DNA of 64,000 bases from an uncultured Acidobacteriota bacterium (GTDB lineage Bacteria > Acidobacteriota > Vicinamibacteria > Vicinamibacterales > JAKQTR01), in assembly GCA_963700065.1 (NCBI GenBank), contig CAVOWJ010000014.1, positions 35,692 through 99,691 on the forward strand, in the 5' to 3' direction. The translations under genes were made by a program, and so were the position numbers. Each line of letters starts with the position of its first letter. Position 1 is the stretch's first letter. Of the stretch, positions 41,867 to 53,600 are shown one piece after another. The notes beneath the pieces are model-generated. The model saw only the letters and a list, made by a program, of their open reading frames with translations. It was not told where the DNA came from and searched no databases.

Positions 41867-42385
41867 ATGGTTCCGGAACAGCCTGAGCAACCCGCGCGGC
41901 GCTCGGTGCTCGTGAAGCTGGGCACCGCCGCCGGCGCCGCGGCCCTCGCGGCGCAGGGTGGAATCGTCCTGCGATCCCTCGTCGCCAACGTGTCGTACGA
42001 CACGCCGTCGAGAGCCAGGCTCGGGCTCCCGGCGGCATTCCCGGAGGGCCTGACGCTCGTCGCCGCGACGCGCCTGTTCGTGTCGCGGCGCGGGAAGCAG
42101 TTCAGGGCCCTCTCGGCGGTCTGCACGCACCTCGGCTGCACGGTGCGCGCCGAGGCGAGCCTGCGCCCCGATCCCGCCGACCCGGATCCCCGGCGCGCCG
42201 TGCAGGTCTTCGAGCTGGCCTGCCCCTGCCACGGGTCGCGTTACCAGGAAGACGGCGCCAACATCTCCGGCCCGGCGCCGCGGCCGCTCCCCACGTACCG
42301 GCTCACCCTGGCCCCGGACAACGGGCAGTTGGTGGCGGACCTAGACGACGAGGTCGCCCCCGACGTCGAGTTGACGGTGCCGTGA
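41867..42385 (+). CDS. Rieske 2Fe-2S subunit of a quinol:cytochrome c reductase
   Basis: Tat-like RRSVL anchor; CTHLGC, CPCHGS and GPAPRPL. Confidence 0.9.
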   Translation: MVPEQPEQPARRSVLVKLGTAAGAAALAAQGGIVLRSLVANVSYDTPSRARLGLPAAFPEGLTLVAATRLFVSRRGKQFRALSAVCTHLGCTVRAEASLRPDPADPDPRRAVQVFELACPCHGSRYQEDGANISGPAPRPLPTYRLTLAPDNGQLVADLDDEVAPDVELTVP

Positions 42386-42395
42386 GGGCGGCGTG

Positions 42396-43583
42396 ATGGC
42401 GCAGCGCAGGTTCTGGAGTCTCCGCCCGTCCACGGCCCGCGAGGTCGCCGATGCGATCTTCGCGAACTTCCTGCTGCACTGGTTCCCGGCCCGGATGCGG
42501 GCCGCGTCGCTCGCATGGCTGCCGACGTTCTGGCTGGGCACCGTGTCGTGGGTGCTCTTCGTCGTGCTGCTCGTCTCGGGCCTGCCGCTGATGATGTTCT
42601 ACATCCCGTCGGTGGAGGACGCCTACCGATCCGTCAAGGACATCGAGCACGTCGTGTCGTTCGGCTGGTGGCTCCGGGCGGTCCATCGGCTCGGCGCGCA
42701 CCTGATGGTCATCACCGTCACGCTGCACCTCGCGCGCGTGTTCGTCACCGGCGCCTACAAGAACCAGCAGGAAGGGAAGCAGCGGCGCGAGTGGAACTGG
42801 GTGATTGGCGTCGCGATGCTCCTTTGCACGCTGCTCCTCTCGTTCACGGGCTACCTGCTCCCCTGGGATCAGCTGGCGTTCTGGGCGGTCACCGTGGGCA
42901 CCAACATCGTGTCGTCGGCGCCAATGGCGGGCGCAGTCATGCGCCAGACGCTCATCGGCGGGCGCGAGATCGGCGAGGCCACGCTCGTCCGGTTCTACCT
43001 GCTCCACATCATCGCGTTGCCGCTGGCGACAACGGTGCTGTTCGGGTATCACATGTGGCGCGTGCGCAAGGACGGCGGGCTGGCGCACAGCAACGGCAGC
43101 GGCGACGGCGCCGAGGTCCCGGCCGTCCCAGCGGTCGTCCGCCGGATTGCGGTGGTGACGCTGGCCACCGTGCTGGTGGTCACCGTGCTCGCCGCATTCA
43201 TCCCGTCGCCGCTGCTCGAGCCGGCGAACCCGGACGTGACGCCGAATCCGGCCAAGGCCCCGTGGTACTTCCTGTGGCTGCAGGAAGTGGTCGCCGACAC
43301 GACAGTCAGGCTTGGGCCTGTGCGCGTGAACGGCGCCCTCCTGGGAGGCGTCCTGCTGCCGCTGGTGCTCACCGTCGCGCTGACGCTCTGGCCGTGGCTG
43401 GATCGATCGCCCGGAGCCTCCGCGGGCGTGGCGCTTCCGCGCGAGCGCCGCGTCCAGAATGCCGTGTTCCTGGCCATTGCCCTGGCGATCACGGCGTTCA
43501 CGATCGTCGGCCTGCTGCGCGGCCCTTCATGGGGGCTCTGGTGGCCGTGGGATTCGTGGCCGTCCCTGCCCGCGAGGTTCTGA
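42396..43583 (+). CDS. Cytochrome b (b6 and subunit IV fused)
   Basis: Motifs RAVHRLGAH, LHLARVF, GYLLPWDQ and RFYLLHII; Qo-site variant PAKAPWYF. Confidence 0.9.
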   Translation: MAQRRFWSLRPSTAREVADAIFANFLLHWFPARMRAASLAWLPTFWLGTVSWVLFVVLLVSGLPLMMFYIPSVEDAYRSVKDIEHVVSFGWWLRAVHRLGAHLMVITVTLHLARVFVTGAYKNQQEGKQRREWNWVIGVAMLLCTLLLSFTGYLLPWDQLAFWAVTVGTNIVSSAPMAGAVMRQTLIGGREIGEATLVRFYLLHIIALPLATTVLFGYHMWRVRKDGGLAHSNGSGDGAEVPAVPAVVRRIAVVTLATVLVVTVLAAFIPSPLLEPANPDVTPNPAKAPWYFLWLQEVVADTTVRLGPVRVNGALLGGVLLPLVLTVALTLWPWLDRSPGASAGVALPRERRVQNAVFLAIALAITAFTIVGLLRGPSWGLWWPWDSWPSLPARF

Positions 43584-43584
43584 G

Positions 43585-44818
43585 ATGGGCCGGAGCAGAG
43601 CCGCAGCAAAGCCGCCGCCGCAACCTGCGCCCCCGGGCCGCCGGGACCACATCACTCTTGCTGTGCTCGGCGTCGCACTGGCGGCGGCAACGGTCTTCGT
43701 GATCGCGCGCGACGCGCGGCACGACTACCGGTTCTACCAGCGGGAATTCCGGCGCGCCGTCGAGCGCACATCCGGCGCCGGCGCGGCGAGAGCCGTGCCA
43801 ACGGGCCCGCAGCAGATCTGGGTCGCGGGCCTTCAACGGGCCGATCGGTGCATCACGTGCCACCAGGGCGTCAGTTGGGCTGGTTTTGAAAAGGCCGAAC
43901 ATCCGTGGAGGACGCATCGGCGCGATCTACTCGCGGCGCACCCGGTCGAGCGCTTCGGCTGCACGGTGTGCCACGGCGGGCAAGGCTGGGCCGTCGATGC
44001 CGCCGGCGCGCACGGGCGCGTGGCCGGGTGGGGCGAGCCGCTGCTCGACGACGCCCTGGCCGCCGCGCTGCCGTCCGCCGCGGCAGGCCGTTCGCTCGTT
44101 GAGACGAACTGTAATATCTGCCATCGCTACGAGCCGGCCACGCCTGGCGCGCCGTCGATCAACCGCGCCAAGACCCTGGTGCGCGAGAAAGGCTGCCGCG
44201 CCTGCCACCTGATCAACGGGCGCGGCGGGCTCATCGGCCCCGATCTGACGTGGGCCGGGGACAAGAACCCCGCGCAGTACCGACTACAGCCGGCTCGGTG
44301 GCCGGCACAGCGTGCTGGCGTGGCACATCGACCACCTGCGCGATCCGCGCGCCCTCGTGCCCGACAGCGTGATGCCCAACTTCCACCTGCCGCCGGAGGA
44401 CACGGTCGCGCTGGCGGTGCTCGTCTTGTCCTGGCGGCGCGGGCCCGTGGATGCGTCGCTCCTCGGCAGCACGCCCAGAGCCGACACGGTTCCCGAGATC
44501 GAACCGGCTGACTACGAGAAGATGGTCTCGGGCCCAGGAGCGTGGTTCGTCCGGACCGGGTGCTCGCGCTGCCACGACGTGGCGGCGATGGGCGTGAAGA
44601 GCCCGACACCGATCGGGCCCGACCTGTCGACAGCTGCCGACGACACGGTACGGCGCTTCGGCATGCCCATCGACCGCTTCCTGCGCGCGCCCGTCGGCAC
44701 CATGCGGGCGGTGCTGACGAGGCAGATCATGCTCTCGCCGGACCAGCAGGCCGAGGCCGTGCGGCAGCTTGACCGGGCGTATGCGGAATTCCAGCGGACC
44801 GCGGCGAAGCCGAAATAG
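43585..44818 (+). CDS. Membrane-anchored pentaheme cytochrome c subunit; apparent frameshift near 44285
   Basis: CITCH, CTVCH, CNICH and CRACH, then DPRALVPDSVMPNF and CSRCH in the shifted frame. Confidence 0.8.
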
Positions 44819-44827
44819 CCGCCCTCG

Positions 44828-46261
<1,434 letters not shown>

Positions 46262-46323
46262 CTTGCGATTCTCCGGTCATGATCGGCGGTGGCGCGGTCC
46301 CGGGTCTCCCGGCGCTGGTGTCA

Positions 46324-47505
46324 TCAGCGGGGCCGCGCCGCTGCAGCCGCGCGCGCGTCGAGTTCCGTCGTCGTCACCCGGACGGAGACGATGTACGGCT
46401 GGGCTCCCTTCTCCCAGTACCCGTACGTCGTTGTCACGAACGTACCGTCGGGCAGAAGCTCTAGACCCGGGTACGCGCAGTCCCAGGCATTGTGATTGTC
46501 CATCAGGCGCACGCGATACTGGCCCTCGCGGGCGTTCAGGATGTCGTCGTACGTGCCGACCCAGGCCACCCAGTCGCCCTTCGTCGCGCTCTCGTGGGCC
46601 ATGTCGCGGAAGGTGATGAACAGGCGTCCGTCTGGCGCGTACTTCGCGACGTGGCGGTCGCCTGTGAGCGCGCCCGGCAGCTGTCGCGGCGCCGACCAAG
46701 TGCGGCCCTCATCATTCGAGAAGAGCACGAAGCTGTTCAGCTTCCGGCTGTTCTCGCGCAGCAGCAGGGCGATTCGTTTCCCGTCCGGCGACCGGAGGGC
46801 GCCGGGCTCGCACAGATGGGCCGCCGGATGCGACACCACCACCTCGGGTGGCCCCCAGGTCAGCCCGCCGTCGGTAGAGACCGACTTGTACACGGTGAAC
46901 GCGCGCGCGCCCTCCGCGGCGCGCTCGGCGATGAACCGCCCGTCGTCGTGGAACAACGACATGTAGTGACCGGCGCCGGTGCGGAGCGGCACGAGGCTGG
47001 CCATCGCGACGATACCGCCGAAGTCGCCGATCGGCGCCAGGCCGCTCCACGTGGCGCCATCGTCCTCGGACACGGCCAGGCGGATGGGATACAAGCCGGA
47101 GAAGACGATGAGGCGCTTCGTGCCCTTGGCATCGACAACGCGATACAGGGTCGGCACCTCGAGCGACGTCTCCCAGTTCGGCGGCGTCTGCAGGCGCCCG
47201 CTCCACGTCCGGCCGCCGTCCGTGCTGCGCTTCATGACGATGGCGCCGCGGCCGTGGCCCTTCGGGTACACGGCGATGATGGTGCGGCCGTCCTCGAGCA
47301 GAACCGTCGTTGGATGGCCGAGGTACTGGCCCGGCTCGCGATCGACGATGACCTGGCGCGCGGTGTCGGCGGAGAGGTCGATGACCGGGACCGAGTACCC
47401 GCGTCCCGGCGCAGGCGCCTGCCCCAATGCTGCCGGTGCGCGGGTGATGCCTGCGAGCGCCAGGATCGTCAGCGTGGGTGCGATGCGGGAGAACCGTTTG
47501 CGCAT
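46324..47505 (-). CDS. Sialidase-family (BNR/Asp-box) secreted protein
   Basis: Asp-boxes STDGGRTW, SEDDGATW, STDGGLTW and SNDEGRTW; signal peptide. Confidence 0.85.
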   Translation of the reverse strand: MRKRFSRIAPTLTILALAGITRAPAALGQAPAPGRGYSVPVIDLSADTARQVIVDREPGQYLGHPTTVLLEDGRTIIAVYPKGHGRGAIVMKRSTDGGRTWSGRLQTPPNWETSLEVPTLYRVVDAKGTKRLIVFSGLYPIRLAVSEDDGATWSGLAPIGDFGGIVAMASLVPLRTGAGHYMSLFHDDGRFIAERAAEGARAFTVYKSVSTDGGLTWGPPEVVVSHPAAHLCEPGALRSPDGKRIALLLRENSRKLNSFVLFSNDEGRTWSAPRQLPGALTGDRHVAKYAPDGRLFITFRDMAHESATKGDWVAWVGTYDDILNAREGQYRVRLMDNHNAWDCAYPGLELLPDGTFVTTTYGYWEKGAQPYIVSVRVTTTELDARAAAAARPR

Positions 47506-47538
47506 GGCCAAGCGTAGCAGAAGGGTTGCCGCGCGTGT

Positions 47539-47649
47539 GCCGGGTCTGAAGGCCAGGCCTCCATCAGGCACGCTGTCACGCCGCGTGCGCCGGGTCTACA
47601 GACCCGGCCTCCACGTTCAATATGGAGCCCGGGGGCTTCAGCCCCCGGG
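47539..47649. repeat. Cluster of three REP-like palindromes (TGGAG-foot family)
   Basis: GCCGGGTCTGAAGGCCAGGCCTCCA (47539), GCCGGGTCTACAGACCCGGCCTCCA (47589) and an inverted unit TGGAGCCCGGGGGCTTCAGCCCCCGGG (47623). Confidence 0.75.
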
Positions 47650-47662
47650 GCAACCATGCGTG

Positions 47663-50600
47663 CTAGAAGATCTGCCCGATCGAGAAGTGGAAGCGGTAGC
47701 TGCGATCTTCCGGCCGGCGGTCGAGGGGATAGCCGACGTCGATCCGGATCGGCGCGAAGGGCGTCATGACGCGGATGCCGAATCCGGTCCCCACGGCGAG
47801 CTCGTCGAGCCTGATGGACGTGCCCGGCCTGAACGTGTTGCCGGCGTCGATGAAAACGGCGCCCTGCAGCCACTTGGAGAACAGCCGGAACCGCACCTCC
47901 TGGTTCAGCAGCAGCAGTTTGCTGCCGCCGACGGGCACGCCGAAGACCTCGAAGGCCGACAGGGAGTCCTCGGCGTAGCCGCGGACCGTCGTCGACCCGC
48001 CCGCGTCGAAGAAGCGGTCGAAGATCGTAATCGGCGGAAGGCCGGTGTAGTCGCCGAGCCCGTGCAGCCAGCCCCAGCGGACGCCGCTCGCGAAGATCAG
48101 CGGCCCGGCCGGCTTGTAGTAGAACTGGCGAAGCAGGATTCGGAAGTAGTTGAGATCCGAGCCGAGCGGCTCCAGGCCCCACTGGAAGTTGGAGGACTGG
48201 AACCAGCCGCGCGACGCGTCGAACGGCTTGTCGCGGGCGTCCAGGACGAACGTGCCGTTCAGCGAGGCGAGTACGCCCTTCAGTTCCGCTGACACCGTGC
48301 CCTCCGGGGCCAGAAACTCCACGTCACGCAGGTTGTAGCTGTAGCCCCACGACACTTCCATGCGACGTGGCAGGCGGAAGCGCTGCTCGAACGTGATGTC
48401 GCGCTCCTTGTCCGTGTAGCTGATGTCTTGCTCGGACGTGTCCGTCTCGGACCGGATCGTCGCGAACAGGCTGGTCTGCAGCCGCTGGCTGAGCAGGGGC
48501 GGCAACGAGAACTGGCCGCGCAGGCTCTGGAGGTTCTTCTCGAGCCGGCCGCTGGCGCCGAGACCGAAGGCGCGGCCCAGGAAATTGCGGTCGCGAACAT
48601 CGGCGGCCACTCCGACGGCCGACGTGAAGTCCTCGAAGATCGGGCCGTACTCGTTCGACAACTGGACGCCGTAGCGGAGTTGATAGCGGCGCGCCTCCTC
48701 CAGCGAGACCTTCACGTTGACCGGCACGGCGCCTTCGACCGTGGGCGCTGCCGCCGGTGCGGGCTCGAAGCTCACGTCGGCCCTGCGGAAGACGCCGAGG
48801 CCGTAGAGCTGCTTCTGGGTGTCGGCCGCGTCCTGTTGACCGGCCGGATCACCGGGCTTCAGCGTCACGGCGCCAGCGGCGAAGGCCTGTTTGGTCGCCT
48901 GCAGGCCCTCGAACATGAGGCCGGTCACCACCGACATCGGGCCCTCGGTCACCGCGAATCCCATCGTGACACGGCCCTCGGCGTCGAGGCTCCGCGTGGT
49001 CGCGACCTTCGCCGATCGGAACCCTCGATCGAGGTAGAAGCGTTCGAGCCGCCGCCGGGCATCGAGCTCGGTCGACGGCTCGACGGACGTGCCCGGCGCG
49101 ATGCCCAGCGAGGCACGCACGGCCCCGTCGCGCTCCTGAGCGATGCCGGTCAGGATAATCTCTCCCAGGACGGCCGCAGGCGCTTCGCGGACGCGGATGC
49201 GCAGCGCCGCCGTGCCGCCCTCGAACGCGATCGGGTCGGCGGCGACTCGCGTCCCTGAACGGCCGCGCTCCTCGTAAAGGGCCTTCACCGCATCGACCAG
49301 CGGCGCCGGGTCCACCCACGCCGCCGCCAGGTCGACGCGGTCTTCCAGCGCCGCTCGAAGCTCCGCCTCGCCGAGAGCCTGCACGCCTTCGAACGTCAGT
49401 TCGCGGGTTCTGGTCTCGGGCCCGCCGTCCACGGTCACGCTCGCGCGGTACACGTCCGGGTCGGTCGCGTCGACCGACACCGTCATGGTCGGACGCAGAT
49501 GCCCTCGCGAGGCCAGCAGGCCGCGCACCTCCCGCGTCAAGTCGTCTTTCACGAACTCGGGGAGCACCGACGCGCTCCAGGCTCTCATCAGCGACTCGCG
49601 CTCGTCGTCGTCGAGGTCGATGCCCTCGACCGCCAACGACGTTCTGGGGCCGCGATCGATGCGATACGTCAGCGCCACCAGTTCCCGGTCCGCGTCACGC
49701 CCGAAGGTCCTGCTCTGGGCAATGCGGGCGACGGCATGTCCGCGGTCCCGATAGAACCCCTCGAGCCGCTCCCGATCCGCCTGCCACCGGCCGGCGTCGA
49801 ACTCGTCCGACCGCTTGAGCTTGGTCACGGACGCCAGCTCAGAGGCCGGGAAACCGAGTTCTCCGGTGAAGCTCACGTCGGACACGCGGGGCCCCTTGAC
49901 CCGCTTCCTCAGACCGGCGCTGCTCGGCGGAGACACGCCCGGGCCAAACGCGATCTCCTGGCGGAACTCGATCACCTCCTCCACGTTGTCGCGCTGGGAG
50001 AGCCGGACCTCGTATCCGCGCCTGGGCGAGAGAATGGCGATCCAGGTCAGCTTGTTGTTCTCCAGGTCCTGCGACAACACGAGACTGGTCCGGGCGTTGA
50101 GGCGTTTCGAAACGGTCAGCCGCATCGCGGGGCTGACGTCGCTCGAGCCGAGTTCGAAGTCGCCCCTGCCAAGCTGGACCGAATCGAGCCCGACCATCTG
50201 GCCCGCTATGCCCAACAAATCCGAGGAAGCCGTGCCGAGCACGAACTCCTCGTCGGCGTTGCTCTTCGTCGCCGAGGCGTCCGTCGTGCGGCCGGTGACG
50301 AGCAGCGACTGAACATCACGCTGGCTGAGCGGCGGGTCGGAGGTGTAAGTCGCCTCCATGTCCGTCACCGGTCCCTGCGTGCGGAGCGTCACCTGGTAGT
50401 CGCCGACCCGGGTTTCCCCAATCAACTGCACGGCCGGATCGCCGGCACCCGGAAACACCACCCGGCCTTCGCTCAAGCGGAAGGTGCGCCCCATCAAGGT
50501 CAGGCGCCCCTCGTCGACCATGTTCAGGCTGCCGAAGATGAGGGGTTCCGCGAGCGTCCCCTTGAGCGTCATGCTCGGCACCAAGTCAAGGTGTCCGGCG

Positions 50601-53600
50601 CTGTTGTCGATGATGATGGGCGACGATGCGGTGAGTTCGACGTCCAGCGCAACGCCATCCAGCGCGGACGATCCGCCGGCGGGTGCCGCTGCCGGCGTCC
50701 GTGGCGACGAGAAGAGGCGAGCCATGGCGGTGATCGGTTCGCGATAGGCGCCGGATGTGACGGTGACCTTGCCCGACAGCCTGGCGCCGTCGTCAGCCGA
50801 GGTCAGCGTCAGCTCCGCGTCGGCCTGGCTGCGGAGTCCCTTGACGACTTCCACGAACGCGTCGCGGACGCGCATCGTCAGCCCCGCGCCGCCCTGGCCG
50901 CCCAACTGGACCGAACCGGAGACGCTGGCGTCGCCGCCGTTGACCTGGCCCTCGAGACGCTCGATGGTGAGGGCCTTCGCCGAGAGCGTCGCCTCGCCGG
51001 ACCAGTCCCTGAGCGCGAGGCGTTGCTCCTGCCATACCCACGCCGCGTCTTCGAGCGACAGATTGCCGCGCACGACCGGATCGGCAACCGGGCCGGAGGC
51101 CTTGAACGAGCCCTTGAACGCGCCCGCCAGACGGCCCGGGATGAGTGACGACAGAAACCCCAGCGCCCCCGAGGCCGAGACGTCTGCATCGACAACCCGC
51201 TCGCCCGTCAGACCGAGGCTGCCCGAGACCGACGCCGTGGTGCCCGGGGCGGTGATCGCGACATCGTCGACCGTGGCCCGCCCGTTCTCGATGCGCACCT
51301 CGGCTGCGCGGGGCAACGTGAAGGGGACATCCCTGACCGTCACCGTGTCGGGCTCCAGGACCATGCGCCCGTCGATGGCGCCGATCGATGGAGCCGACGC
51401 AGTGCCGGACACGGACAGCCGCAGCGAGCCCGTCATCGTTCCCGGTTCGTCCGGCCTGAGCCACGCGCCCAGCGTCTTCACGTCAGGCTCGGCACGCAGG
51501 TCGAACGACGCGGGCTTCGGAGCCGCCGGCGTCTCATCCACACGCCAGCCCTCTGGCAGATAGTCTTCGACCCAGTTCAGGGGAAGGTCGCCGGATGCCG
51601 ACAGGGGCCCGCCGAACCCGCGGCCGGTCAGGCGCGAGAGCCACAGCCGGCCATCGCGGATATCGGCCGTCGCATCGAGGGCTTCGACAAACGACGTTCC
51701 GCCGCTGTTGATCCCGGCGCCCGACAGTGACGCGTGCCCGGCAAGGAGGACCCTGCGGCGATCGAAGTCTCCGGACGCTTCCACTGTCGCCGAGATCGAG
51801 CCGCCGCCCAGCGCATCCAGGTCCTGCGCGCCAACGAGCGTCCGGAACCGATCGGTGGCCAGATCGGCAATCGACAGCGTGGCGGTGAATGCGTGGGGCG
51901 CCTGCACCAACGCGTGGCCCGTCACTGATGCCGCCCAGTCGGGCAGCTTCGCGGCAAGTTCGATCCGGCCCGACGCGAGCGAGAGCTGTGCCTCTGCAGG
52001 CACTGGCGTCAGGGACGCCGCGCGCACGGCGGCCGCGGTGATACGGACGGTCGCCTCCGGGTTCGACAGCGGCCCGTCGACCCGGCCTTCCACGGTTCCG
52101 CGCTCGAGGCGGAACGCCTCGTTTTCCAGGGAGACGTCGGTCGCGCCGGCCGTCACCGAGACGACGGGATCGGCAACCGGCCCCTTCCAGTCGCCGGCGA
52201 TGGCGAACGACCCGCCGGCCGTCAGCGCCTCATCGGCCGGCGTGCCGGTGGCCGCACCGAGGACCGTCTTCAGCACCTGGCCGGGATTCTCAATCCTCGC
52301 CGTGAAGGCTCCCGTCGTCACGGCCGAGTCAAAGTCGAACGAGGCGCTGCCTTCGACGCGATTGCCCATCCCGTTGTCGCCGGTCAGCTTCGCGACTTCC
52401 AGGCGCGAAGGCGTGGCCACGAAGTCCGCTGAGGCAGCGAGAGGCGGCAGAGCGAGCAATCGCAGCGCCCCGGACGCCGCCGCACCGCTGAAACGCGGTT
52501 CGCCGAGCGTGCCGTCGACGGTGCCGTCGAGTGTCAGCGGGGCGTCGGCAATCCACGCGGCCGCGTCGGGCAGGTCAGGAAACGCCAGCCGCGCCTCCGT
52601 CAGGGCCTCCTGCGCGTGCGCGCTGGAGACATGGAGCGTGCCGGCCACCGGCGAAGCGCTGATGGCGGCGGGGTTGACGGTGATGGTCGCCTCGAGATCC
52701 GCCGCGGTGCCGCCGGCGAGCTCCTGCCGGCCGCGCACCGACCACCGACCTGGAGCCGCATCCACGGTGACTCGCGCCGGCGGCAAGTCCGGCGCCAGCC
52801 AGAGCTCGGATGTCACCTCGCCCGCCACCGTCTCGAAGCCCAGCGCCATGCCCGGCCAATGCACCTGCGCGGATCCTGTGGCGACCACGCCAATCGGATC
52901 GGCCGGCAGGAGCGGAAAGACCCGACGGAGGCCGGCGATCGAGACGCTAGCCCACTTCAGCGAGAACCGGCTGTTCGCATCGGCCGGGCCAAGCGGGAGC
53001 CTGCCGGACGCCTCGACCCAGCCCTTGCCGACGCCGGTCCGCAGCCGATCGACGTAGATCCCCGTCCGTGAAATGCGGCCCTCGGCGGCCGAGGCTGGCA
53101 GCCGGATGTCAGGCAGACTGACGCCTGCCGACCGCACGGAGTACGTGAACTGCGGGTCGTTCAACGGCCCGGTCACGCGCCCGTCGAGCTGAAGCGCGCC
53201 GCTGCCCGCCGGCAGCGCGGGGAACCACGGTCCGACGTTCGAGACATCGAACGCTCCCGAGATCCCAAGATCGAATTGGGGCGACGGGCCGGTGAACACG
53301 ACTGAACCGTCGAGAGCCAGGCGAGCGGTCCCGACGACGGCAGACCTCGGCTCCGCGCCGATGGCATCGCCGTCGAGCGTCGCCCGGCCTTCGAGGCGAT
53401 CGACGCGCACGCGCGCGTCGTCGCTATCGAGCGAAAGCCCACCGGCCACTCGGAACTGACCGGCCAGGCGCCTCGGCCCGTTACCCCGGACCTCGAGTGT
53501 GACATCGCGCGCGCGGAGGTGGCCGATTCCGTCCTGATCGATGAACTCGAGATCCGCGTGCCGCACCACCGCCTGGCTGACGGTGAATGCCGGCACTTTG

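Noticed and set aside
47539-47649. Possible mini-CRISPR array
   Set aside because: The units are divergent, one is inverted, and there are no cas genes; this fits REP elements.
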